From IMG/VR virus record IMGVR_UViG_3300020112_000942, positions 32,001-96,000 of that record: a DNA stretch of 64,000 nucleotides; one strand, written 5' to 3'. Positions 25,476-35,690 of the stretch are shown piece after piece. This DNA comes from a virus (taxonomy: Duplodnaviria; Caudoviricetes). The notes beneath the pieces are model-generated. The model saw only the letters and a program-made list of their open reading frames with translations, searched no databases and had not been told where the DNA came from. The translations under genes and the position numbers were made by a program. Each line of letters opens with the position of its first letter. The stretch's first letter is position 1.

Positions 25476-26531
25476 TTACAACCATACTCCTTTTGATATT
25501 AGTTTTGCGGCAACGTCAGGTCCTTTGTCAAATGGGGATTGCTTTAGACCTAATAAGCCACCTGTATCATATATAAAACCCATTGAGCAGTAGTTTTTAT
25601 ACTTCTCACAGATAGATTTTAACTTATAAAAATATTTTTCTTGCTCTGCCCAGGTCTCACCTTCTTTATCAAAAGCGAGCAGGACTCTTTCTGCTCCACA
25701 TTCCAGTAATAAATCCAACTGATATTTATGGAAACTACTACCACAAGATGCAACAACAATGTTTCTATCTTGTCCAAACATGGTGCTATATTGTAAACAG
25801 CTCTTTTCTGCTTCTGCAACAATTGCTGTTTTATATTTCCTTATATTTTCTCTGACAAAGTTTAGTCCATATAGATTATAGCCAAGAGGGTGGTTATATA
25901 ACTTACCTTCTATTTTTACTGGCATATACTTTCCATATACGATATCTTCATCATTTAACGCTCTACCACGAATACCAATAAGATTTCCATTCATATCATA
26001 GTGAGGAATAATAATCTTATTCTCCAATATGGAATAACGAATGTTATAAATCTTCATAGCCTCTTCACTAATTCCATCCGCTAACCATTCTGCGGTAGGA
26101 TGGAATGTATATGCATTAAGCAAACCTTTGTTGAGGATTGGTATATTAACTTCTACATCATGGTTATGTTTCTCATACAGAGTTTCATACGGAACATAGA
26201 AGGTTTCTTTCTGTCGTCTTGAGGCACGGCCGCCAATCTTTAGAACAATATCCTTATAGAAATCATACTGAATATTTAACAGCTCATATCTCTTCTTGAA
26301 CATTTCAATGATATTAAATGTGCAGCCACAATCGGTATAACAATGAAATGTCTTTGTCTTTGAGTAATAATATAATTTCATACTCGCCTCAGACGCATCG
26401 TGGTTGTGACAGATAGTTGGAAAGATAATTGAATTACCGCTCCTTGTATACCTATCTGCACCGAGCTGAGTCATTATATCAATAACCTCAGAATCAGACA
26501 AACTATTCATTAGGTCTTTTAACTCACTCAT
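25476..26531 (-). CDS. DNA primase (Zn finger plus TOPRIM)
   Basis: CHN...HCYTDC zinc motif, IIIPH..GIRGR, VAEAEKS, LAFD. Confidence 0.85.
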   Translation of the reverse strand: MSELKDLMNSLSDSEVIDIMTQLGADRYTRSGNSIIFPTICHNHDASEASMKLYYYSKTKTFHCYTDCGCTFNIIEMFKKRYELLNIQYDFYKDIVLKIGGRASRRQKETFYVPYETLYEKHNHDVEVNIPILNKGLLNAYTFHPTAEWLADGISEEAMKIYNIRYSILENKIIIPHYDMNGNLIGIRGRALNDEDIVYGKYMPVKIEGKLYNHPLGYNLYGLNFVRENIRKYKTAIVAEAEKSCLQYSTMFGQDRNIVVASCGSSFHKYQLDLLLECGAERVLLAFDKEGETWAEQEKYFYKLKSICEKYKNYCSMGFIYDTGGLLGLKQSPFDKGPDVAAKLISKGVWL

Positions 26532-26542
26532 TTAACCACTCC

Positions 26543-28246
26543 TTAAAGAAAATCTGCGAATGACTTCTCTTTCAAACGTCTCTTGTTATCTTCCACATCT
26601 TGGAAGGCTTCTGCAACAGATGTACCAGAAATCAAATCTTCTGGCTTTATATCAGAAACTTGATAGAACTCTTCATATATTTCATCTGAAACAACTCCTG
26701 TATTATACAGCTCACACAAGTCCTCAAAATTCTGAAAACGAATTGAGTCAAACTGAACGACTTGAAAATCTTTAATAGGTTTCATATCGGCTGTTGTTAC
26801 AAACAAATCTTCTCTGCGGCAACAACCCAAGTCATTACATGACCATATACGAATCATATTCCATCGACCACGTCTATTCTTATAAATATCGGTTACAAGA
26901 TTAGGCGTGAATGAGAATGAACTCTGAAAACCTTGCAGCTCTTGTAGTTCAGCCTTTGTTGGTCTTGACATAATACAAGCAAAGTCACAAAGGTTAACAA
27001 TCGCTTTAGAACCTTGTACATTACGGAAATCTCTGAATCCGCCCTTTTCATCATCATCATTACTAACCTGAGTTGATGTGAGAATAAATACATTAAGTTC
27101 TACCGCAAGATTTTTTAACGCTGTTGTAAACAATCTTAAACAAACATCTTCTCTTAATTTCAAATCTCTATACTCATTAAGCATAGCAGGTGAAGAGAAA
27201 ATATAATCATAAAAGAAGTTTTCAACACCGTGCTGGCTATTATATTTTCTGAACAAAATCTTAACCGCTGAAGCACAAGGGTCTGGGATTCTTGCGAATA
27301 ACATATTATCCTTATACTTCTGCATAATATCAATAGCCTGTTGGATTCTTGGCATTTCTTTATCACCATATGTTCCATACAAGAACATTTCTTCATTATA
27401 GCCAGTGAGATATGCAAGAATCATTGTCTGAATTTCTGCCGGGTCTTGCTCTGTCATTACATACAAAACCTTTTCCGCACTACCAGTAGAAATCCATCTG
27501 CCTTTCTTTCTATCGAAACGAATTGGATAAGCAATAGAACACGCATCGCCAACCATTGAACGAGTTTTACCAACACCTGAGCCGGCGGAACGAAGATAAA
27601 GTTTTCCTTTTCTTCCTCCTCGACAAACTGTATTAACAATATCACCTTGAAGTTTACAACCAACTTCTGGCTTAACCTTCAATTCTGTGATTAACTCCTG
27701 AATGCCATCGACGGCACAGCTCTCTTCCATTACTGTATTAAGAATATACTTACTTTCATATGCATCAACCTCAACTCTTAATGCATTGAGAATATCTTCA
27801 AGAGTCATTCTTTCAAACTTCTCATTGATTTCTGTATATCTTGGATTAAGAATATCCTCACAGTAAAACTTATCAATACTATGACCAGTTGACTGAATAT
27901 CACGAAGAAAATTTATCTTCTTCATCTTATTATAATAATAATTGAAGTTTGCTGGCTCACTCGCCGTTTCACAATCTTGTAAATATACCTCTCCATTCTC
28001 CTTTTCGAGATAAACCTTAGCAGTAGCATTGTCTCTTAAATAATTAACAATATCAACCGCTCTGATAATGGAGGCTCCATCGCCCATATTATAAAGATTG
28101 TTAATCGCAGAAAATATAAACTTATCAAGTGATGTGGAGAAATCTGAAATCTCCAAACGATACTTGTCAACATCATTTAGCAACTCTGGCTTATTCATTA
28201 AGCCACCAAGAATCTGGATAATAGTATGACGGTCAACCTTAATCAT
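26543..28246 (-). CDS. DnaB-like replicative helicase
   Basis: Walker A AGSGVGKT, FFYDYI, KNRRG. Confidence 0.88.
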   Translation of the reverse strand: MIKVDRHTIIQILGGLMNKPELLNDVDKYRLEISDFSTSLDKFIFSAINNLYNMGDGASIIRAVDIVNYLRDNATAKVYLEKENGEVYLQDCETASEPANFNYYYNKMKKINFLRDIQSTGHSIDKFYCEDILNPRYTEINEKFERMTLEDILNALRVEVDAYESKYILNTVMEESCAVDGIQELITELKVKPEVGCKLQGDIVNTVCRGGRKGKLYLRSAGSGVGKTRSMVGDACSIAYPIRFDRKKGRWISTGSAEKVLYVMTEQDPAEIQTMILAYLTGYNEEMFLYGTYGDKEMPRIQQAIDIMQKYKDNMLFARIPDPCASAVKILFRKYNSQHGVENFFYDYIFSSPAMLNEYRDLKLREDVCLRLFTTALKNLAVELNVFILTSTQVSNDDDEKGGFRDFRNVQGSKAIVNLCDFACIMSRPTKAELQELQGFQSSFSFTPNLVTDIYKNRRGRWNMIRIWSCNDLGCCRREDLFVTTADMKPIKDFQVVQFDSIRFQNFEDLCELYNTGVVSDEIYEEFYQVSDIKPEDLISGTSVAEAFQDVEDNKRRLKEKSFADFL

Positions 28247-28962
28247 GCTTCATCCTCCACGATAGAGTTGAGGTCTATCATCTTCTTCTTTTTCTTTGTG
28301 CCGATATAATCATTAGGATTGTACTTAATCTCAATTCTATCCTGCTCCAACTGCTGTTCAATTGCTTGTTCAATTTCTTTCTGTCTCTTTAACTGTGACT
28401 GATAATACGCCGATGCTTCCTCATAAATATAAGGAATAATACCTATTGTCTTATATTCTTTCTTAATTGGATTTTTCTTGACTTCGTAAAAATACTTCAA
28501 TGTCAATAGCTGGGCACGATAATTCATCCCCATTCGATTGAATTTCTGCATCTGTGTTACATTCCATTTACTTACTGGTTCTCCATCATCCTCTGGTCCA
28601 AACAGACGGAAGATGTAATACCAAAGAGCGTCTCTATCGTCGTTGAGTTTTTCTTTCAGTTTTAGATTTTCCTCACTCAAATGGTTCTTAACAGTTACAG
28701 GTGATATACCCAACGCCTTAGCGACCTGAGCCATATTCTTACATTCACGATACATCTCATTCATTTTCTGTATCAGTTCTTCATCCACCTTAACTCTTTT
28801 CTTTGCAACCACTTCCGCCGGTCCGCTCTGATAAATAGCAAGATATTTGTTTACGGTAGCGACACTAACTCCAAGCTGTTTTGCAACAGCAGTTTTATTT
28901 CCAATCTCTTCATATAAAACGGGAATCTTGTCGATTACCTCTTGTTCAATTTTTCTTCCCAT
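28243..28962 (-). CDS. HTH-containing protein upstream of the helicase (possible initiator/loader)
   Basis: Two HTH-like repeats (AVAKQLGVS..TV, QVAKALGIS..TV); coupled to the helicase. Confidence 0.55.
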   Translation of the reverse strand: MGRKIEQEVIDKIPVLYEEIGNKTAVAKQLGVSVATVNKYLAIYQSGPAEVVAKKRVKVDEELIQKMNEMYRECKNMAQVAKALGISPVTVKNHLSEENLKLKEKLNDDRDALWYYIFRLFGPEDDGEPVSKWNVTQMQKFNRMGMNYRAQLLTLKYFYEVKKNPIKKEYKTIGIIPYIYEEASAYYQSQLKRQKEIEQAIEQQLEQDRIEIKYNPNDYIGTKKKKKMIDLNSIVEDEA

Positions 28963-28994
28963 TTCATCACCCTTTTCTCTTAATTTCTATAATA

Positions 28995-29023
28995 ATTATA
29001 ACACATTTTACAATAAAAGTCAA
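28995..29023 (-). promoter_or_regulatory. sigmaA promoter of the replisome operon
   Basis: TTGACT-17-TATAAT. Confidence 0.85.
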
Positions 29024-29066
29024 TATTTTTACTATAAAGCAAGGCGGCATAAAATGCCGCCCATTC

Positions 29067-30317
29067 TTAGATATTATCGAGATAGTCTGCCGCAGAAGCA
29101 ACAATACTACGTTCAATTATATGAAGCTGAATAGTAGCAAATAATGGAGCATGGATGGCACTTTCATGTAGGTTCAACAATAGTTTCAAACCGTTTCTAT
29201 CTTTGAAGATAGCACTATCCGCCTGGTGAATATCGCCATCGAAATAAATCTTTGTGTTATCACCACAACGGCCAAGTAATAGCTTAGCGTGTTCTTCTGT
29301 TAAGTTCTCTGCCTCGCTGACGAGCAGAATGCAGTCATCAAAACTACGTCCTCTGATATAAGCAACAGGAACAATTTCCAGTTTCTCTTCAGATATCCAT
29401 CTCTGAATCTGGTCAATACCAACCAGGTCAATAAGTGGACCAATAGAAGGCATAATCTTTTCCATAAGGTCGCCCGGCAAAGCACCGAGGTCCATAGTGT
29501 TCTGAGTATAAGCATTGTTTGGAATATAAACAATCTTCTTAATTCTGTCTGCCTCCAGCTCTCTTATTGCATAATTATGTGTTAAAAAGGTTTTACCAGT
29601 ACCGTATTTACCGCCGGCATAGATAATTGGAATATTAGATACTAATGCATCTACAAGACAAATCTGTTCTGGGTTTCTTGGATAGATAGAGCCAGTCCAA
29701 TTGTTCTTAATTTCTTTGCCCCTGACATAATGGAATCGGCACTTATTATATCTGTATACAGAATAATCACCAAGAGAAGCGTCATTGTTTGGCGGCGGAA
29801 TAATGAGATATTCATTCTCACTAAATTCATAGTCAGGAATTGCATCTTCAATAAGAATACCCTCATTGATAAGTTTGCTGAGAATATCATTATAAGTATC
29901 AATACTCATATTTTCAACATCAAGAGTAACCGCACCTACATAATCTTCATCCCAGCTGTATCCCTCTGTCTTAATGCCGCTCTGGATACAAAATACTTTT
30001 AAGGCAATATCATTTGTTACAAGCACGCCATTACGCTCACTTGCAATATCCATTAGCTTTGAATCAATTGATTTGTGAGTATATTCATCAAGTACACTAA
30101 TCTTCTGATAAAACTCAATATTGTCCATATTCTTAGAAATATAGACTGCCGCCTTTCTTGCCTTATGTGCTGTTTCTGGATTATTATGTCTCTTTAATCC
30201 ATCAATCTCTTCAAGAACACAAATAGGAATAATCCAATACTCATCATCTTTAGTTACAATCTGAGGATAATCCAATAATACATTTGTGTCAAGAATCTTT
30301 ACATTTTTATCTTCCAT
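29067..30317 (-). CDS. phoH: PIN-PhoH fusion protein
   Basis: PIN motifs LDTNVLL and LVTND; Walker A GKYGTGKT; YIRGRSF; GDIHQAD. Confidence 0.9.
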   Translation of the reverse strand: MEDKNVKILDTNVLLDYPQIVTKDDEYWIIPICVLEEIDGLKRHNNPETAHKARKAAVYISKNMDNIEFYQKISVLDEYTHKSIDSKLMDIASERNGVLVTNDIALKVFCIQSGIKTEGYSWDEDYVGAVTLDVENMSIDTYNDILSKLINEGILIEDAIPDYEFSENEYLIIPPPNNDASLGDYSVYRYNKCRFHYVRGKEIKNNWTGSIYPRNPEQICLVDALVSNIPIIYAGGKYGTGKTFLTHNYAIRELEADRIKKIVYIPNNAYTQNTMDLGALPGDLMEKIMPSIGPLIDLVGIDQIQRWISEEKLEIVPVAYIRGRSFDDCILLVSEAENLTEEHAKLLLGRCGDNTKIYFDGDIHQADSAIFKDRNGLKLLLNLHESAIHAPLFATIQLHIIERSIVASAADYLDNI

Positions 30318-30338
30318 GTTCAACCTCTCTCATAAAAA

Positions 30339-30368
30339 CAAAAAACGGGGAAGAACAAGTCTTCCCCG
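30339..30368 (-). terminator. Intrinsic terminator
   Basis: CGGGGAAGA-loop-TCTTCCCCG followed by a T tract on the minus strand. Confidence 0.75.
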
Positions 30369-30374
30369 CAGATG

Positions 30375-31355
30375 TTAAAGTATTTCCTTAATTCTATCCA
30401 TAGCAACCTTGAGTTCATCAATTTGCTCTGGGAGAATTTCAGAGAACCTTGTGGGTTTTCCAAATACTTCCGCAAGGATTTTCGTAGCATTTTCTGCTTT
30501 CTCTTTTTGTACAACCGAACCCCATAAAGAGCGAGCCTCTTCCATAAGGTCATCAAAAGTCTGAACCAAATATGGATTCTCAGCTTCTGAAGCGGTTGTG
30601 ATTGCGTCGCCGCCAGAGTGCTTAATTTCTTCGTCAATAGCCTCGTAAATTGCATCAACAATATTTTCATAGCTGAACTTTACATAAGGCTTGATATACT
30701 TAAATCTGGACTTGGCGAAGAAACGCCTATCGCCACGGAAGAAAATATATCTTTCAAGATGATGGTCTTCAGCCTCTGGGTCTTCAACTTCTCTGATATA
30801 ACCAATAAGGTCAACCATCTTATTGACGATGTCATAAGGTCTTGCGGGTAACGCTGGTGCAACCTGCACGTATTCCTGTCCAGTTTCATCTTTAAGTGTT
30901 TTCTCAACAGAGTGAGAAATAAAGATTACGCTGTAGCCGGCGAAGGTTAATTCTCTAAAGCCGTTCTGATATTCCTTTTTAGCAATATCATAACCACGGC
31001 CCCATGGAATATCACCAAGATTTTCAACGCTGTTCTGAGCACAAACCCACTTAACACACAAGTCCCAAGCGGAATCGGCAGTATCAATTACGATAGTTTC
31101 AAACTTGTTTTTCAAGTCCTGTTTCTTAGTAAGCTGACTTACAAAGGACTTCCAATCTTGCCAACCCTTTACAGGAGCAACGTGAATATTATTCAAAGCA
31201 TTGGTACCCATCTCAAATCCCATAATAAGAGGACTTGGGAAGAGAGCACCAAGACTTGTTTTACCAATGCCAGGCAATCCATAGAACATAGAGAACTTAC
31301 CTCTTAAGTTTCTACTAATTATCTGTGGTTCGAGTGTTAATAAATCAAGAGCCAT
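30375..31355 (-). CDS. AAA_24/Sak4-like recombination ATPase
   Basis: YGLPGIGKT, IVIDT, IFISH; adjacent to SSB. Confidence 0.75.
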   Translation of the reverse strand: MALDLLTLEPQIISRNLRGKFSMFYGLPGIGKTSLGALFPSPLIMGFEMGTNALNNIHVAPVKGWQDWKSFVSQLTKKQDLKNKFETIVIDTADSAWDLCVKWVCAQNSVENLGDIPWGRGYDIAKKEYQNGFRELTFAGYSVIFISHSVEKTLKDETGQEYVQVAPALPARPYDIVNKMVDLIGYIREVEDPEAEDHHLERYIFFRGDRRFFAKSRFKYIKPYVKFSYENIVDAIYEAIDEEIKHSGGDAITTASEAENPYLVQTFDDLMEEARSLWGSVVQKEKAENATKILAEVFGKPTRFSEILPEQIDELKVAMDRIKEIL

Positions 31356-31396
31356 TTACATTCACCTCCAAAGCATTTCCGAAACAGATTCGGTTA

Positions 31397-32305
31397 TTAG
31401 AAACCGAATCCGTTCTGATTAGGAGCCTGTGTCTTGCCCTTTACATTAGCCTTCTGCTTTGCCTCTTCAATTCTTACCTTACGCTCATCGAGTGCCTGCT
31501 TAACAGCATCATTGTCGTAAGAGTAATCTTCCTCAAGACCAGAAGCAGAACCACCAAGAATGATAAGCTCCTTACGAGAAACTGTCTTGGTTCTTACGAT
31601 TGGCTCACCGAAGCCCTGCTCTTCTGTCCAAGTCTTAGTAGACTGGTTGATGCTGATTGCGCCGTTAAGGTTAACTGTATCACCTTCAGACCAGTTCTGC
31701 TCAATGAAGTTTACTGCATTTGCAGACTCAGCAATGAGGTCAATAACATCAAGTCTGCCGCCGTATCTTACAACACCGAACTTAACCTTAAGTCTACCAG
31801 TGTCATCACCGTTGCCGTCAACTTCATTAGTCTTAGTAAGAATAATACCAGAAAGCTCGAATGTAGCACCCTCAGTGAAATCGCTTGTGTTACGAGGAGC
31901 GTTCATGAAGTTTGTAGAAATCTGGAATGTACTTCTCTCTTCACCAGAGTTAGGGTCAATCCAAATGTTCTCTTCAAGATGACCAGCATTGATAACAACC
32001 TTAGATGCAAGCTCTGGCTGATTCTCTGGGCAAGCCGCAAGAGAAGTAAACTGGTCCTTGTACTTTACGATGCTCTGATAAATCTTGTTGGCACCGCCGT
32101 CCTTCTTAAGAGCCATGGAGAACATTCTTACTGGAATCTCACACTCAACAGCCTTACCGTTGATTTCCTGGTCTACCTTTACTGTAGCCTTACAAGAAAC
32201 GTATCCTCTGCCGTCAGCGGTCTACTTTTCCTCAATATCGAGGTCCTTAAGGATACCTGCAATCTCAACAACGTTTGTACTTTCTCTCTCTTTAATATTC
32301 AACAT
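31397..32305 (-). CDS. Single-stranded DNA-binding protein (two OB-like halves; one TAG at codon 28)
   Basis: RBS GGAGG before ATG 32305; TAG at 32222-32224 in frame with track ORF 32125; C-terminus ends GFGF. Confidence 0.65.
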
Positions 32306-32415
32306 AACATTTTCCTCCGATAAATTAAAATAAAGTAAATCAGGAAATCAACGGGGACTTAATGTCCCCGGATTCCTTTTGGAACTTAATTGTTCCGTCC
32401 GCCGTGAAAGATAAA

Positions 32416-32712
32416 TTACTCAGCAATCTCTGCAGCTGCTGCATCTGGGTCAAATGCTGCACCAGCTTCTGTGAGGTAGAATACGGAAACTTCCTTCTCC
32501 TTGCCGTCAACCTCACGGATTTCCTTCTCACGAACTGCGTAACCCTTGTTTACAAGACCAGTAACAGAACCTGTAACAGAACCAGAATGCTCGAAACCGA
32601 GAGCTGTCTGAACTTCCTTAGTTGTAAACTTAACGCCTACGCCATTACCCTTGAGATAATCGAAAACCTTTCTTGAATTTGCTGTCATAGTACCCTTCTT
32701 TGCTGTTGCCAT
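32416..32712 (-). CDS. Small winged-helix DNA-binding protein
   Basis: VFDYLK...EVQTALG...LVNKGY...FYLTEAG pattern. Confidence 0.65.
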   Translation of the reverse strand: MATAKKGTMTANSRKVFDYLKGNGVGVKFTTKEVQTALGFEHSGSVTGSVTGLVNKGYAVREKEIREVDGKEKEVSVFYLTEAGAAFDPDAAAAEIAE

Positions 32713-32782
32713 TTTACATCACTCCTTTAATTAAATTAGTTTTATAAAAGATAGCTTGGCGTGCTATTCTTTTAACATATTT

Positions 32783-32811
32783 ATTATATCATATCCTGTT
32801 AAGAAAGTCAA
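32783..32811 (-). promoter_or_regulatory. sigmaA promoter
   Basis: TTGACT-17-TATAAT. Confidence 0.85.
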
Positions 32812-32829
32812 GTTTTTAACTTTCAAGGA

Positions 32830-33207
32830 TTATGAATCAAGTTTGGATTGCAATATCTCTTCCAACTCACTTAGCATTTCATTTGCTTTCATAAGTGATT
32901 CAATCTGCTTTTTCGCTCTGATTAAGCAAAAGCTGATAGCGGAGCCGATATATGCAATATCTTTTATAGTAAGGGGTTCATCACCCTTAACCTTTGCTAA
33001 AACCTTTTCATATTTTTCAGAATCGGTTTTAAGTCCTGCCGCAAATTTTTCTGCTTTTTGGTCTTTGAATAAAGATGTCATAACATTGTTCTTATTATTA
33101 GTTACTGGTGCAAGATAATTGTAATAAGTATCAAGCACAGCTTGTAACGCAGCCATGACAGGGTCTTTATTCTTAACAATGATTTCTTGTTTCTGTTCAA
33201 GTGTCAT
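32830..33207 (-). CDS. Hypothetical helical protein
   Basis: RBS GAGGGG before ATG 33207. The track's longer start lies within the promoter. Confidence 0.65.
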   Translation of the reverse strand: MTLEQKQEIIVKNKDPVMAALQAVLDTYYNYLAPVTNNKNNVMTSLFKDQKAEKFAAGLKTDSEKYEKVLAKVKGDEPLTIKDIAYIGSAISFCLIRAKKQIESLMKANEMLSELEEILQSKLDS

Positions 33208-33232
33208 TGGTATCCCCTCACTTTCTATATTT

Positions 33233-33261
33233 ATTATATCATAGATGTTGGTGAAAGTCAA
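33233..33261 (-). promoter_or_regulatory. sigmaA promoter
   Basis: TTGACT-17-TATAAT. Confidence 0.85.
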
Positions 33262-33272
33262 GTTTTTGACTT

Positions 33273-35633
33273 TCAGGCTTTCACCAAATCTACAACTCTT
33301 ATACCCTCAGGCAACTTCATAGCCATAACGCCAGTTGCATCTCTTGAAAGAGTTCTGAGTCCAGCGGTATCAAATCTTATTGTTCCTTTATTTGATATAA
33401 TAATTATATCACAATCTTTATCTAAAGTCAAGAATTTAACTATCTCATCGTTCCCACGAGTACCAGAAATCTTCTTGCCCTTGATACCACGGTTGCTTAC
33501 AGGGAAGTCACTCATAGAGGCTTTCTTTATAAGACCAGCGGCGGAAATAGTAATAAGATTATTACCCTTAACAATGCGAGAATCAATTACAGAGTCGCCT
33601 TCGGATAACTTAATACCCTTAACACCCATAGAAACTCGACCTATCGCATTTATATCTTCTGTATTTATTATAACAAAATTTCCGTTGGAAGTCAAGATTC
33701 CGACTTTTTCATTTTTGATAAAATGAACGGAAATTACTTCGTCATCATCTTTAAGGTTGATAGCCTTAAGAGACTTACCTCTCTTCTTTTCATACTCTGA
33801 TGCGGCAGTCTTCTTTACCATACCATTCTTTGTGACAAATACAAAGTAGTCAAAGTCATCCTTCTTGTATAAAGAAGTGAGAGTAGTTGTATGCTCACCG
33901 ACTTCAAACTCAAACAATTGATTTATATTGACCTTTGCATTGATAGGGAGGTCGTCCATTGCAATACTATACATCAATCCCTTGTTTGTAAATACAAGCA
34001 AAGAACCAAAGTTATCATTGGCAAATGTATGAGTAATTACCTCAGTATCTTTCAACTTAAGTGAAGTACCCTTGCCGCCACGCTTTGTCTTCATAAGTGT
34101 AGAAGACTCCTGTGTATAAATATTGCCGAGATTTGTGTAGTGAACAATAAGTTCCTTTCTCTCAATAGGTTCAGCCTTCTCTTCCTCACCAGAGAAATCA
34201 AAGTTCAACATAGTTGTTCTACGCTCATCACCATATTTTGCGGCAACAGAACGTAATCCTTCTTCAATCTCTTTGTTGAGAAGTTCTCTATTTTCAAGAA
34301 TATCAGTATGAGTCTTTCTATCAGCTTGAAGTTTCTTTAACTCTCCGTGGAAAGCCTCGATTTCAAGGTGTGCCAACTTAGCAAGTTTAATATCAAGAAT
34401 AGCCTTAACCTGCTCTTCGTTGAAGCCATACTTTTCCATAAGTTTTGTCTTAGCTAATGCAGTTGTTTCTGAACCTCTGATAATTGCAATAACATTATCT
34501 ACGTCTGCAAGAGCTTTAATGATACCCTCAACAATGTTGATACGCTCATCAATCTTACGGATTTCATACTTGTGAATTTTTGTTCTGACTACAACTTCAT
34601 GGTCAAGATGTGCCTGCAATGCCTCTTTCCAAGTGAATACCTTTGGTCTTGTACCCATATCAAGCATTGTGAAGTTAATAGGGTATACATAATCAAGGCT
34701 TGTTTCCTTATAAAGAGTCTTTACCATCTTAGATGGATTTACACCTTTTTCAAGAACAATCTTAAGGTTACATTCCATTGTAGAGAAATCTTTAATACCA
34801 TTCTGAGCAATACCCACAATGATACCATCATTCATCTTCTTTACAATTTGCTCAGTAATGGAGTCAATATAAACACCATATGGTGAGTCTGTAAAAGTAA
34901 GAGAATTATCCTCAGCATCATATGTAACCTGTGCCCTCATTCTTACGCCACCCTTACCAGTAAGCATAGCTTGCTTTACAGCGTCGGCATTAAGAACTGT
35001 GGTCTTAGTCGCAAAGTCAGGAGGACAATAGATTTCTTCAAAATCTACATCAGGATTGTTCAACAGCTTAATGAGAGCATTATTAACTTCTCTTAAATTA
35101 AACTGAGGAATTGAACTTGCCATACCAGTTGCAATACCCATTGTACCATTACAAATATTGTAATAGCCCAAAGATGGTAATACACTTGGATGTGGTACGT
35201 TTGGTGAATGTCCTTCAAACCAAACATCAATACAATCCTTTTTAATTCCTTCGTACAATGCTTCGCCGAGAACTCCAAGTCTCATATGTGTATATCTTGC
35301 GTGAGCCTGCTTACCAGAGGAAATAGTACCATACTGACCCTTAAACTCTACAAGTGGATAACGCATATTATAACATCTTGATAGTTGAGTTAAAAGGTCA
35401 TAACAAGCCGCATCACCGTGGTCATAGAATTTCTTCATGGATTCACCAGTGGATACAACTGATTTCTCAAATGGCTTTGAATGTACAAGTCCTTCAAGTT
35501 TCTGTGCATACATACACATTCTTGCCGCAGGCTTTAAACAGTCACGTGCATCTATGAGGGCACGCTTTTGAATAGTCATGCCCGCATAAATAGAGAAACT
35601 GTCGTCAACAATATCTTTTAAATTGTATTCCAT
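33273..35633 (-). CDS. gyrA: Type IIA topoisomerase (gyrase) subunit A
   Basis: DCLKPAAR, HGDAACY, catalytic ARYT, GIATG; GyrA-box-like KRGGKG and C-terminal pinwheel repeats. Confidence 0.92.
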   Translation of the reverse strand: MEYNLKDIVDDSFSIYAGMTIQKRALIDARDCLKPAARMCMYAQKLEGLVHSKPFEKSVVSTGESMKKFYDHGDAACYDLLTQLSRCYNMRYPLVEFKGQYGTISSGKQAHARYTHMRLGVLGEALYEGIKKDCIDVWFEGHSPNVPHPSVLPSLGYYNICNGTMGIATGMASSIPQFNLREVNNALIKLLNNPDVDFEEIYCPPDFATKTTVLNADAVKQAMLTGKGGVRMRAQVTYDAEDNSLTFTDSPYGVYIDSITEQIVKKMNDGIIVGIAQNGIKDFSTMECNLKIVLEKGVNPSKMVKTLYKETSLDYVYPINFTMLDMGTRPKVFTWKEALQAHLDHEVVVRTKIHKYEIRKIDERINIVEGIIKALADVDNVIAIIRGSETTALAKTKLMEKYGFNEEQVKAILDIKLAKLAHLEIEAFHGELKKLQADRKTHTDILENRELLNKEIEEGLRSVAAKYGDERRTTMLNFDFSGEEEKAEPIERKELIVHYTNLGNIYTQESSTLMKTKRGGKGTSLKLKDTEVITHTFANDNFGSLLVFTNKGLMYSIAMDDLPINAKVNINQLFEFEVGEHTTTLTSLYKKDDFDYFVFVTKNGMVKKTAASEYEKKRGKSLKAINLKDDDEVISVHFIKNEKVGILTSNGNFVIINTEDINAIGRVSMGVKGIKLSEGDSVIDSRIVKGNNLITISAAGLIKKASMSDFPVSNRGIKGKKISGTRGNDEIVKFLTLDKDCDIIIISNKGTIRFDTAGLRTLSRDATGVMAMKLPEGIRVVDLVKA
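33403..33431 (-). promoter_or_regulatory. Consensus sigmaA promoter inside the gyrA coding sequence
   Basis: TTGACT-17-TATAAT with TG, encoding LTLDKDCDII. Confidence 0.7.
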
Positions 35634-35657
35634 AACATCTCTCCTTTCTATAATATA

Positions 35658-35686
35658 ATTATATCACGATTTTCCTTAAAAGTCAA
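35658..35686 (-). promoter_or_regulatory. sigmaA promoter of gyrA
   Basis: TTGACT-17-TATAAT. Confidence 0.85.
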
Positions 35687-35690
35687 ATAA

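Noticed and set aside
31325-32323. 332-aa plus-strand ORF
   Set aside because: Antisense shadow of the SSB gene; no RBS, promoter or recognisable motif.
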